A stretch of DNA of 63,296 nt, filler included, from Atractiella rhizophila (taxonomy: Eukaryota): the NCBI GenBank assembly GCA_021432655.1. It is 6 parts of 5 records of this genome, joined end to end, with 100 filler letters (N's around TTAATTAATTAA, not from the genome) between each part and the next. Parts side by side here need not be neighbours in the genome. Positions count along the whole stretch, not along the records: positions 10,097 to 19,118 come from MU271239.1; positions 19,219 to 28,664 come from MU271239.1; positions 28,765 to 42,278 come from MU271240.1; 3 more parts are not named here. The stretch is one strand, 5' to 3'. Positions within the stretch are counted from its first letter, which is position 1. Each line of letters opens with the position of its first letter. Positions 16,291 through 28,789 of the stretch are shown in pieces. The position numbers were made by a program, and so were the translations under genes. The notes beneath the pieces are model-generated. The model did not search any database, was not told the DNA's origin, and saw nothing but the letters and a program-made list of their open reading frames with translations.

Positions 16291-17130
16291 TGCTATGCCT
16301 GCCGCTGGTCTGCGCTTACATCCAAATGCTACACCTCGTTTGAGGTCATCTTGCGGATCTTGTAGTGTTCTGCGTCATTTCACCACATTTTTCGGCAAGC
16401 GGAATCGAGATTCTAAAGAGTCCACTTCGCTTGCACAATTGCAAGCTTGTCTTGGCTTGTCAGTTCCTTTTCCGTTAATCTTCATGTCCTCTAACTGATC
16501 CAACTCCATCAAGCCGGAACAAGCTGGTCGTCTCCTCACAAGCTGCTTTAAGATAAAGATAATTGAAAATGAAATATCTCCTCTGCGACAGTGACAACTC
16601 TTCCAGGCCATCACCGTCTCACCTATCTCATCTATGGGTTTTTCAACTTCAAGTTGATCAAGAAGACCCTCAACGATGAATCTCAATATTGTAATTGAAA
16701 TATTGACATGTCCGTTTTGACCAAAGCAGAATAAGATTAAAATAAGTGCAGACCTCAGTATTGCTTATCACTCCTCTAACATCTCCTGAACCATTCGTCG
16801 TAACCTACACCAACCTTGATGCATATGACACTCCTTCCGTGACTGTAATTCAGAACTTCGTGCGCTCAGCTGCGACAGCTCGCGCTGTCAACATTGGACA
16901 ACTGCCAGTGACAACAGCATTGTGTAGATTTACGAGGGTTGAATGTTGTGATTGGCAATTGACAGCCTTCATATAGGCCTCATACCCATTGCTTGGCCCA
17001 CAGATCCATGGAACTGAAACCAATATAAAACCTGTTCGTTGCTTAATGCCTTCATTTGGTGAGCGTCTTGCTGCTCACATAATGATAGTCGAGCCATTTC
17101 TTTGGGTTCAATTCTACCAGATATTTCAGC

Positions 17131-18305
17131 ATGCAATCTACAACCCTTTTGAACTCTGGATATTCGTTGCCACTTTTGGGTTAGTTTCAGTCATTTCAAG
17201 ATGCAAAGCTTTGATCATTTGAGTGATTGACATGGCAGGATATGGATTTTACAAAAGCAGCGAGTGTACGGCAGCTTTAGAGGCTCTCAGGATCGGTTAT
17301 CGTCTACTGGATGGTTCGCGGTTCGACGAGAACGAAGAGCTGATGGGAGTTGCTATAAGTCAAAGGTGCGAGCTGGCCAGTCTGCGTTTTGTCATTCTGA
17401 TGCCAACGATAAGCAGTGGTAAGCCGCGAGAAGAAGTGTTTTGCATCTCCAAAACAATGGCTGGCTTTCCCGAAACTTCTCTTTCATCTGCCGACTACGT
17501 AGGATCGTCAAACACGGCGCTCGCGGTGTTGGAAGCTGTAAAAGATTCGGTGGTGCGGTCTACCTTAGGGTATTTCGACCTCTTCCTGCTTCACGACCCA
17601 TGCGCAGGTGAGCAAGGACGAATTGACGCCTGGAAGGGGTTGGAGATGGCTGTCGAAAAGAGATATTGCAGGAGTATCGGTGTCAGCAACTTTGGAGTCG
17701 CTCACCTTGAGCAGCTCCTCACTTCCAAACCGAAGATAAGGCCGGCTGTTAACCAGATTGAAGTTCATCCCTGGTGTCAACAAAGAGAAATCAGGGCATT
17801 CTGTGAAAAGGAAAACATCATAGTCCAATGTAGGCCAATTTTTTCGAGGGAGAGAGGATGTTCATCTGACCATGGGCTTAGCATACTGTTGCCTTGCGAG
17901 GGGAAAGCTCATGGATGATCCTACGTTACTGCAAATATCGTCGAAGGCAGGTCTCTACTGCATTGCGAAGCTATTTGTTTTTGATTGGATTCCAGCACAG
18001 CAAAACGCCTGCCCAGATTTTGATCCGTTGGTGCCTCCAACAAGGCATTCCGGTTGTGCCTAAGAGCGCAGTTGCATCTCGGATGAGCACGTTTCCTTTA
18101 CAACTTCACCGTCAGTACCTGATAGCGGTTGCAGGAGAGAATACTGAGGTTTTTGACTTCGAATTGTCTCAAGAGGATATGGGCGTTTTGGATGGGCTCG
18201 ATCAGGGCTCTCGAGGTGCTACCTCTTGGAATCCAATTGTTTGTCCTCCTCCTTCAACGTCAATCAGGCAGTCGCTAACCTATGTAACCACAGAATGTTA
18301 CTTAA
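17131..18305 (+). CDS. Aldo-keto reductase family protein (catalytic Tyr apparently replaced by Asp); start approximate
   Basis: LNSGYSLPLLG, GYRLLD, DLFLLHDP, RSIGVSNF, PAVNQIEVHPW, AQILIRWCLQ, VVPKS, ENTEVFDFELS. Confidence 0.88.
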
Positions 18306-18420
18306 GCCTACATTCGATAACACTTTCGTTGTTACATGGATGTAAACATTGAACATGCAATTTCCTGTCTCCTTTTGAACAACTTCCTTGTACCAACCGT
18401 CGAATCCTTTCGGCAATTGT

Positions 18421-19118
18421 TCAAGGTGCATCCTAGGCAGACTCAATCGCTTCGACTGATTTCCTTCGGGGAAACTCACCACTGGGTTCCAGGAGACTGC
18501 TCCTTTGGCACCTTCATCGAGATCGTCAAGATCACGCATATCCTCTGTAGACAACTCGAAGTCAAATACGTCGGCGTTCTCCTCTATATTAATACCTCTC
18601 AGTGAAACGGATTATGGAACGAGAGCAAGGAAATGTACTGATCCGGCTGGCCTGTGTGCTCTTTGGCAGTGGGTTGAAGTTGTGTTGTAAACACCACCGA
18701 ATGAGGACTTGAGCCGGAGTCTTTTTATACTACATATTCAGGTAAGTCTCTTGTGCAGACTAGAAGAAAAGCAAGGATAGTGAACCTTTTCGCTAATTTT
18801 CGTGAGAGTAGGGTCCGACATCCTTTTGCCCCTTACAAGGGGGCAGTACGCTGCATTTTAATTAAGGTCTCTTTCATGCTGAAGCAGAAGTGTGCTTGCC
18901 TTGGACTAGTATCCCCTCTTTCTCACACAGATCCCGAATTTCCCTCTGCTGGCACCAAGGGTGCAGCTCGATTTGGTTTGTAGCCGGTTTTATCTTCGGT
19001 TTTGAAGCAAGCAGCTGTTCGAGATGAGCTACTCCGAAGTTGCTCACTCCTATGTTTTTGACGTGACCTCGCTCCACTGCCATCTCGAGGCCTTTCCAAG
19101 CTTCAATACGTCCTTCCG
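18421..19118 (-). CDS. Aldo-keto reductase paralogue, 3' part (5' in gap)
   Basis: [50 protein letters not shown]; intron positions match the upstream AKR. Confidence 0.88.
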
Positions 19119-19218
19119 NNNNNNNNNNNNNNNNNNNNNNNNNNNNNNNNNNNNNNNNNNNNTTAATTAATTAANNNNNNNNNNNNNNNNNNNNNNNNNN
19201 NNNNNNNNNNNNNNNNNN
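19119..19218. other. Artificial contig spacer
   Basis: N44-TTAATTAATTAA-N44. Confidence 0.97.
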
Positions 19219-19405
19219 GGAACTAGTTCAGGTCTTCGAGCATCTCTAGGAGACAAAGTAGGAAAAGGAAGGGGCAGCTTACACACATGAGACTCCTCCA
19301 AACCCTGCCTTCGTGGGCACTATCAAAACGATTTTTTTCCATTGGGCTAACGAACTCGATACTCAAGCTGAACTCGAACCGGTTGTCTAACTATTTCCTT
19401 ACTTA

Positions 19406-21597
19406 GATCAAGAATGCGATCCCTGAAGCGAATGCTGTCTGCAGTGGCGCTATTCTGAGCCATTATCAAAGAGTCCGCGTCGAGGATGTGTGAGCCTGTC
19501 TTGACGAGGAATCACAGTCCGCTCAATCTATTATTCTCCACAGCTGTCGTCGCCATTCCCTTGTCTCCATCGCGCCACTGTGGCAGAGGTCTCAAGTGGA
19601 GCTACTATCGGAAATGTCAAGAGCGGGAATAGAAAGTGTCGTGATTAAAGTCGCCGGAATGGGGTTGGATGAAAGGGATTTAGGCACGAATGTTTGTTCA
19701 GCCCCATTTCTCACAAAAATGCTTCGCTTGGTGACGTCTTCAATTCCCCTACCTGATTTTGACTCAAGGAAATGGTGGTAGAATGAAAAATATGGCCTAC
19801 ATCCTTGTGGTGAAGGTGGCGAGTACGAAACATTCACTCTTGATTCTCCTATTTTCAAGAAGCGAATAGTATTGTCTGCCTCCAGTCTCTCCACTTCGTC
19901 CCGCTAGTTGAATTTTCTTATATAGGAAGCAAACACAAAATATCATTACCGATCCTTCGCCCATTGCACCCGTAGCATACATACGCATCCTGGATGCAGT
20001 TTTGGAGGAGAAGGATCATTTTACCTTTTGTGGATGCGGTGACAGTCCCGACGACCAAAGCTTTATCAAAAATATCGTAGATATCCCAGAAACCAACGCT
20101 GAAGGACGATTACTCCTAACATCGAGCGTTGCTGATCAACAAGTAGTAAGTCTAGTCAACATCATCCCACATATTCATCATTAGACTTGAATCCCAAGGA
20201 AGCCACTCCTTTTGCAATCAGTAATATCCTCCCCCGACGCTCCTTATCTCAAGAAATACACTTCAATGAGACCCCGAATGGATGGATCGGGATCTCTGGC
20301 ATCTATGGAGGAAGTGATCTCACATTGGAGGAGGAAATTGTAGCCGCTTTCTCAGCATTAGAACGTAAGATGGCTCACAGCCCACCCGTCCTTCCTCTCA
20401 ATATTCATTTACATGAACAGGCGCCCTGACAAACCATGGACTACACTTCAATAACATTGCTCATGTTAACCTGTATCTCTCCCCAGACGCCATGAAGGAT
20501 TTCGGTACTATGAACAACATTTACAAACAATATTTCACTTTTCCATCTCCTCCTTCTCGGGCTTGCGTCTCAGTACAGCTGGATGAGGCTAGCCGAGTCC
20601 TTATCGACGTTGTAGCGCGGAGACTTGCTCCCCAAGACAGCAGGCTGGGACTTCACGTCCAAAGCCTGAGCTATTGGGCCCCTGCCAACATTGGGCCTTA
20701 TTCCCAAGCTATAACTGTGAGTGTGTGTCTCTGCAACGAAATGAGACATTCATTAGTCTTGTACTAGGCTGGTGGACGGGTTTTTATCGCTGGCCAAATC
20801 CCCCTCATTCCCCACGTCCTCGAATTGCCATCGAACGAAGACTTCACATCACATGCCATCTCCTCCCTCCTTCACGTACAAAGCGTAATCGAGGCTGTGA
20901 GGTCTAACACAGGTGGCGGTTGGGAAGGGTGGATGGACTCTTGCATCTGTTGGATCAGACCAACGTCAAACGATTGGGGGCCTCAACTGGACATTGCACG
21001 AGCAGTATGGAGATCTTTCTCTAAAAAGGTACACGTTTTCACCTTTGATGCATCAAAATTGACTTCTTCATAGCTTTCTGTGCAACCAACAGTCTGTTTT
21101 GTTGCAGCCAGCTGTCTCCCAAAAAACGCACAGATTGAATGGCAATGCACCTATCAAACTGGCGTACATCAAACACAGGATGACGATCATGAATCTAATG
21201 ACGTTCCCATATTGTCTACCGGTAATAGTTATTTAATTCACTATGCCCGAACTCATAAAATTTCACAGAGATGGACGATGTCGTAGAGTGGAGCATACTA
21301 ACAAGCAGGAAATCATTCTCAGCTCAAGCAAGTTGGACGACCGATGTGCCAGAGAGCTCGCTGTCTCGCTATAATGACCTGAAAAGAAAATCTTTTTCTG
21401 CTAGATTGTTTTACAGGTCGGACACCAACTTCGGTATGTCATAAACCTGACTCTGATTTCTTTGCTGAAAACAAGAAAACGCAGAATTATTGGAGAAATT
21501 TGGGCCCCATGTTCAACGAATTCCAGTCATGGCTACAGCTTCTATGTCTTCTTCTTGCTATGCCATCTCGCTGTGCCTAGGGGACAATGATTCTTAG
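19406..21597 (+). CDS. DPH6: Diphthine--ammonia ligase with C-terminal RidA/YjgF-like domains, 5' truncated
   Basis: [92 protein letters not shown]. Confidence 0.9.
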
Positions 21598-21787
21598 AAA
21601 TTGCGATATTCCAGCTTACCAGCTTTCAGTTGTTGCTTTGTGTTTGGTCAGGTGACAAAAACCCGGCTGGTGCAAAACGCCGGCGTCCCGGGATGTTATG
21701 TGAGCTTGAACTGAGAAACCACCAAGTTGGCAACAACTCCCCAGTGGTCGCCTTCGAACTCGTTCTAATTCCCTACAACTGTTCACC

Positions 21788-23073
21788 ATGCCTGTTATCC
21801 CACCGCGGACAGGAAATCACCTTCTTGTCGATGTCTCTCACGACAAAATCTTGATACTCACACTAAATAAACCCAAAGCATTGAATGCAATGGATGACAA
21901 CGTTGAGCCATTTCGTCTACAATCGCATATCTGTTACGAACAATTGTTTAGTTGCAGGCCGATCTCTGTAAAGTCTTGGATTGGTTCGAGGAAGAGGTTC
22001 GCATTATCCATTATTTATAATCCCCCAAACACAGCTTGAACCACTTCTTCAGCCATCCCTCTGGGTAGCTATTGTGACAGGTACGCTGATAATTTGTTCA
22101 TAAAAATGCGCTCACGTTATGTCAAGCCAATGGCCGCTTCTTCTGCGCTGGTCAAGACCTGAAAGGTGAGATTGGCCGCACACATCTTGAGCGCCGAAAC
22201 TGAGTATTGTGGCTCAATCCGGAATAGGCTGGCTAGTAAAGTCAAGTAACATGAAACCGTCTACCGATAACAATGTAAACGACCAATTCTTCAATAACAA
22301 GCACGGTTTCGGCTCCATCTCTCGACGGTTCACCACGAAACCTCTCATTCTCGCCTTAAACGGGTCTGCATTGGGAGGCGGAGCCGAGATGGTGGTCAAC
22401 GCCGATCTCGTCGTCGCAGCGGAAGGTGGTGTGCTAGGCTTTCCTGAGGTGAAGCGAGGAGTCGCTGCTGCTCAAGGCGCCTTGGCTTCGCTCCCTCAAT
22501 TTATTCCTTACCCCATCGCTGCGAAGCTCTTTGTACGTTCCGTCCCTGTCTTACAGCTCGGGAGCTCAGGGTTGGTCGCATTAGTTGATCGGCGAGCCCA
22601 TACCGTATACGGAAGCACAAAAATGGGGAATAATTAACGAAGTGGTCCCTGCCGCGAAGGTACTGCCGACAGCTTTACAGTGGGCAGAAAAGCTTCGAGA
22701 AGTTCGTTTGCCTGCTTTGTTATACTGGTGCCTTCGAGGCTAACATACAAAGTAGAACTGCCCTGAAAGTGTACAGCTCTCGAAGAAGTCAATCTGGGCG
22801 ACGAAGAATGGACATGGTATGCAGTCCGTGATTGAAGGCATCGCAAAATCTGGCACATACGGAAATATGATTCTTTCAAAAAACCACTTAGAAGGTTTGC
22901 GTGCCTTTTCAGAGGTTTGTCTTCTGCTCTAAAGAAAACTTATAATGATGTTCGCCGCTTTACAGAAGAGGAGCACTGTTTGGGTCGACCCTGTCCCTCC
23001 TAAGAAGGACACGTCGAATCCTTGGAATTCTTTCCCCCTCGAATCAGATAACAAGCCAAAGGCTAAGCTTTGA
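21788..23073 (+). CDS. Enoyl-CoA hydratase/isomerase (crotonase family), peroxisomal PTS1 -AKL
   Basis: LTLNKPKALNAM, FCAGQDLK, KPLILALNGSALGGGAEM, FPEVKRGV; ends AKL-stop. Confidence 0.88.
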
Positions 23074-23187
23074 TGGATGTCCCTCATCGCAAACTGCATT
23101 CATTAACATTCACAGTTGACCCTCTGGCTTTGCTTTGTTGCTCTACCGTGCCAATACAAATAGCAATTTCCATCAAAAGTAAAGACG

Positions 23188-24426
23188 ATGTCAAGGAAAA
23201 ATGGACAGTCTCGCCTCATCACGTGAGGTGAGACGGTGGAGTACAATGCTTCGGAGACCGCTGCAACGCACGTCTGTACGTGACAGTTTGATTCCTCGCG
23301 TCTGCCAGTGGGCAGCCAAACGACACTTTGAAGAAAGATACCCAACCTCTTGCTTTTCAGTCAGCCATTGGTACCCCTATCCTTCATGTCGGACCCTCTG
23401 AAGTAGGTACCCAGCTTTCAAGCGCTGAATCTGCTCAACCGCTCCATCCAGAGTCAGGATCTCTCGCAACTTGCTCAAGTACGAGCAATCGGGACTTCCT
23501 CACACCAAATCCTTCTTCGCTTTCACTTCTCTCGCCATAACCCTCACTCCCGAGTTTACGGCCTCGCAGGATCACGTCGTTTCACTGATTCTCAACCTCA
23601 AGTTGTTCAAGGGTAAGGACGCACAGAGGGAACCGACCATCGTAGCCTTGAATCCAGAGAAGTATAAAGATGGGAAGGAAGCTCCTAGGCCGAAGAGGAA
23701 GGTCAGACCTGGATTGCTGGATACGGATGGTGATCAGAGCAAAGTCTGGGAGAGAGCCAGTCATCACTTGCTTGGATCTGAATGGGGACCTGAATGGAGA
23801 ACCAGACTAGATATCTCCATCACTGGAGCGGGTGAGCCTTTTCTTATTTATTGGCAGTGCGAGGTGTAAAGCTGTAATTTGCGATTCTGGGGTCGCCGGT
23901 CCAACATACGTTGACTAACGAATGGGATATGCAGGCGTTGAGACGAACAGTGTGACCTGGAAAATTTCCCTAGCAAAAGGTTCAAACGGGACCATCCCGG
24001 CGAATCTGCCAACCGCTCTTGTCGGTTCGTTTCCCTTCCTTTCCTCCTCTTCTCATGCTAACTCTGCTTCAAATAGTCCTTCACCGTGGCCCATTTCTTG
24101 CTACTTTGTCTGTTAGTGGCATAACGCGTAAGGGGCAGAGTTTGAGATCCTCTTCTCGACACGAGTTCACCGATTCTTCTAAACCTGCATTGACGAAGAT
24201 TTTGTATTTCGATGGGAATACAAGCTGGGATAAACGGCAGGCGGTTTGGGAGGATTTAGAGCATAAGAAGCACGCCAAAGAAGAAGAGGAGAGGAAGAAG
24301 AAAGAGGAAGAAGAGAAAGAAGGAGACTTTGGCGAGGAAGAAGCTTATAACCCTCCAGGGCCGTCAAACTATATTGGGAGCATTGAAGACCCTGGTGTGT
24401 CCTGTACCTCCCTTCGCTCTGCGTAA
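23188..24426 (+). CDS. Hypothetical multi-exon protein with charged C-terminal helix
   Basis: Successive ORFs 23471-23869, 23922-24116 and 24019-24426 joined by plausible GT-AG introns; no family recognised; ends uncertain. Confidence 0.5.
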
Positions 24427-24636
24427 CAAACTAATTTCGAGAATAGCGTAAACGAAAGGACCCAAGATGTATCACAATCCGGAATTTGTTTTCAGTACCT
24501 GTACTTCTGTTCCTTCTGCCATTCGAAATGTTTGGTATTGACAACAATAAAAACGTGTGCAATTGCTAGCTTATGTTTGATACATCACATTCAACAATTG
24601 GTTCCTTCTTTGAAAGCTTTCACAGTCCAAAGATGG

Positions 24637-26558
24637 CTATCGCCCCCCAGGAGCTGGCCATCTTCCTCCCATCCCATCATCCTCAAAGCCCCCACGCTTA
24701 GGAGGAGGAAACCGCATGTATCGCTCTCGATCTTCATCAGCAAATATCAGTCTTCTTCCTGCGACGCAAACAAAGTACTACCTTCATCCATGTACTCATC
24801 CGCATCATCTTCGTCTTGGTCAAAATCATCATCTTCATCCTCCTCCATTCCCCTTTGTCGTCTTCGCCTTTTTCTTCTCTCATCCTCGTCCTCTTCGTCA
24901 TCTGGAAGAAGGATCCCCTCATACTTCGATTCGTCTGCTGCTTTTGAAGTTCCCCCTGGAACATTTCCGCCAGCTGGTGCAGAAGAGACTTTCATGTCTT
25001 CCATCAGACGGGAAAGCTGCTCTTTCTTCAACGTCTCTAGGTTTTTCTCCTGCAACCAACATTCAACCACGAACACGTCAGAAATTGAGGGATTACCTTT
25101 TCTTCTTTCCGCTTCTGAATCTCGGCTCGATAATCGCTGTCAGAGTGATCAGGCTTCGTGTCCCATGAGCAGAGACGCGTACGTCTCATATTCTTTTCGA
25201 CACTCTTCAACGGCATCGAAGAAGTCTTGAATCCCCTCTCCTGTCATGGCGGAGACCCCGACAGCCTATTATCGTCCATATCCATCATCGTTCTCAAATG
25301 CAGCGAAAGCAACGAACTCGCAGATTTTTGTAAAATTCATCCAACACCAAGCTCATACTATTCATCAAATCATCCATATAATTTGATCCCTCATCTGCCT
25401 GTTTAGACCTCCTCTTATCGATCAGAGCCTTCTGAAAAGCCTCGAAATCTCTCATCCACTCCAGGGCCTGATGGTGGGACTTGACATCAGTTTTGTTGAA
25501 GACGAGTAGGAATGGGAGTTTGGTTTTGTACAGAATGCTATTCGTTTCTTCCCTCCTCAGCTTTGAGAAATTGAAGTGGACACAAACCTGCACGCATATA
25601 ACATGTTGCTCATAAACGTAGAAGGTGTCTCTGTGCTCCGTGGGGTATCGATAATGTATGCTACCATAGTGGGAAGACTCGAGCTGATGGCGTCTGTGAT
25701 AATCGCTCCAGAAGCAGACCAGGTGAAAATCTCAATTTGGCCGGGAGTATCAATTATTATATGACTGTCCCAACAGGTAACAACTTGAACTCCAGGAGTA
25801 GAGAGGGACAAAGTTGAAACAGGTACTCTACCGTGTTGGCGCGCTTTTCCATGTAGGAGAGCACCTGGTCAAATTTCGTAGTAAAGAGGTTCAGAGACGT
25901 AAGAATCGCGCCGTTTGGTCCCAGATTGTACCTTCCAGAAAAAGCAGTCAGGGGCGGGCTTTCGTTGGTAAGAGAGTTCAATTGCAGTCTAAGAGAAAGA
26001 AGCGCTGAAGTAACCTTCAGACAAAGTAGCATTACAGGGTTCTCAAACAAATAAAACAAGATGGGTAATCCAGGGGAATGTGGCCGATTGTTGCCACGAA
26101 ACTAACGTCACTCCTTAAAGGATACTTGTGGCGACGAAAAGTATGCAGAAGAGCTGCTTTGTGTACGTAAGCAGAGCGAAAAATCCAATCGTTCAGTATA
26201 CGAAGGTGTGCACACACCGCTCCACCCAATATCCAAACAGTAGAGGGAGAGCAACTACTCACTCTTGCATGACCTTTTTATAATCCACCGTGTTCCTTAT
26301 ATCGATGCTAACAAAGTCATCGTATCCTAATCTGCTCACAGCAGGGTCAAGATTAATAAGATAAGGGGGCTTTATTTCCTCATTTTTCTTGCTTTTAGTG
26401 TGCAGGAAGGAGTTGAGACGCTGTATCATGGTCGACTTTCCTGAGCCTGCCATCCCTATAACGATTATCGTCGTCGCTTGGTGCCCCGTCTTTTCTGCAC
26501 CTGCAGAGGGAGTCTCGACATCGGCGCGCTCTTTGCCTTTCGAAGGAGAAGTACTCAT
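24637..26558 (-). CDS. GPN1: GPN-loop GTPase 1 (Npa3/XAB1)
   Basis: GMAGSGKS P-loop, [43 protein letters not shown], acidic tail. Confidence 0.95.
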
Positions 26559-26723
26559 TGTCGCTGGTTGGCTGAAGTGTAGAGAAATATCGAAAACGTC
26601 GCTTCGTAGACTCTCTCGAGAACACACTCGTGTAGAAGATGCGCACACAAAAACAAAACACTCGGGGTGAGACACAGAGAAAACGTGCACAGAGCCACAA
26701 AAATCAAAAAAGCAAGCATCAGT

Positions 26724-28155
26724 ATGCCGCCACTCAGTAAGACAGTGAGTGCAGCGACGCAAGCCCACCTCGCGGGACGGTTCCTCTCCCCCAGTCCGAC
26801 ACGTCTCACCAAAGCACTAACAGCCAACATCATATACCATGGCTCTTCATTCCTTGTCCTTGCTAAGGATTCAGAGTCTTCGATACAGGCTCAAATTGGA
26901 AGTACGCAGAGGCAGAACTGGGAAAAAATGATAAACGGTGTGTCAGTGTTATTTCCCCGTTTGTTCTCGCCAGGCTCACCTTTCTTTGGTGGTGCGAAGA
27001 GGCGAAAAAGACCTTGTCACTTAAAACGGATCCTACGCCGTTAAGTAGGCTTGACAAAGTATGCTCTCTACTGCTGTAGCGCCTCACACTGATAGGATAT
27101 AATTTTCCAAGTCTGTTACAGGTGCTATTCTCCTGTCCACTTCAAAACAGAAAACGCGACACCTTTCACGCGACCCCGAAAGCTCAACGGACCTTGTTAA
27201 AAATTACTTAGCCATTGTCATTGGAAAACCCGAATTTAAAGATCTTGCTCAAGATCCAAGGACTGGCGTGAAGCGAGTGGTGGACGAGTCGACGCTAGAG
27301 GAAGAGGACACCTCGAAAAAGAAGAAGAAAAAGGTTGAGGTTGACGAGTCAAAGATTGAGTGGGAGGTCACGAGTACCATTTCATCGGATGGCTCAATAT
27401 CTGATTTATCACGCAGTCTGCCTTCCTTCTATTTCTTTCGCGCACTTACTGACGAGGAAAGCATAGGTGGAAAAGAAAGCCGTACCGTGGTTCGGCTCCT
27501 TCACTCCACTCCTACCTTCTCTCTCCTCCACTTCCGTCTCCTCACCGGCCGCAAACATCAATTACGAGTACAGGCGACAGCTGTACTAGGAACACCTATT
27601 CTAGGAGACTTCAAGTATTCACCTCATTCAGCACGACGGTCGAAAGATCGAAACTTTCAACAGGTCCAATACGGATTTCAATCGTATTATAATCTCCCTC
27701 AGAATAGGATATTCCTTCATTGCTACAACGTAGCATTCCCTATATGGGAAAAGTCCTTCGTTGACGTTCAGCCAAAGGGCCAGAGTTTGAAGGCTGAGGA
27801 AGGTGTGGAAGCTGCGGAAGCTGCGGAAGCTAAACTCTCCACATTGGGAAGAGAGGAGCCAAAAGAGGTGGAACAGGCTGCTACAGCTGAAGATGTGGGA
27901 GAGGGGATGATAAGTCGGGAGGAAAGGGATGTGGAGGACATGGAAACGGAAGAGCTGCAGCAAGAGGAAGTTGGGTCAGAGCGTGCAACCTTTACAGCTG
28001 AGACATTGGGGGAAGAGCAACCCTCGAAAAAGAAGGTGGTTACGCGGAAGCGAGTTGAGGTCTTCTTAGACGTGCCTAAGGAGTTCAGGGATCTTTGTGA
28101 GAAGCTGAAGTTGGAATTGCCACGGATAGACACCGGATGGAGAACCGTGGAATGA
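26724..28155 (+). CDS. RluA-family pseudouridine synthase (Pus5-like, probably mitochondrial)
   Basis: SRLDK-SVTG catalytic Asp motif, KNYLAIV, LLTGRKHQLRVQ, PILGDFKY, IFLHC; divergent from GPN1 with ~165 nt between ATGs. Confidence 0.85.
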
Positions 28156-28664
28156 TTATTCACCATTCAATGCTCAAGCAGGGTGCCACTGGACACATTC
28201 TTAGCACAGCTACTGATTCTGTATGTGATATATGACTTCTTTACTTAAAAACAGGTAGGAGAAAAGGTTTCATACTACCTTTTAGCTTCGACAAATCAAA
28301 GAAACAGATGAAAGCATTGAAAAAAAGACAAGTTTGGTTGGACGTGCTGAAAGGTTGCACAAAAGTAGACAAAACAAACATTAAATCGTTCTAAGTGGGT
28401 TAGAAATACAAGATTGATGGATGGCAAGTTACTTTTACAGGAACTGGTGGATTTGATGCTTGGAATGGACGCAAGGATAAGTAAGCTTTTGGAGCATGCC
28501 AGAAGAACTTCAACAACAAAACGCTCACTCAACCAATCATCCACAAGCAATTTGAGAGGGATATAAAGCACACAAGGGAACAACCCAGAGAAAAGCGGGT
28601 ACGGAACAAGCCGAAATGATGGGGCAATGCCATCAGAAAAGTCACCATCGAGCGGCGTATAGAA

Positions 28665-28764
28665 NNNNNNNNNNNNNNNNNNNNNNNNNNNNNNNNNNNN
28701 NNNNNNNNTTAATTAATTAANNNNNNNNNNNNNNNNNNNNNNNNNNNNNNNNNNNNNNNNNNNN
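28665..28764. other. Artificial contig spacer
   Basis: N44-TTAATTAATTAA-N44. Confidence 0.97.
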
Positions 28765-28789
28765 CGGCCGTCAACGGCAGGCGGATCGA

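Noticed and set aside
25932..26262. TPP riboswitch in the GPN1 intron (TGAGA-ACCC...TAATGC)
   Set aside because: The conserved core (CTGAGA, CTTGAT/CCTGAT, AGCG..GGA) is incomplete and the host gene is not thiamine-related.
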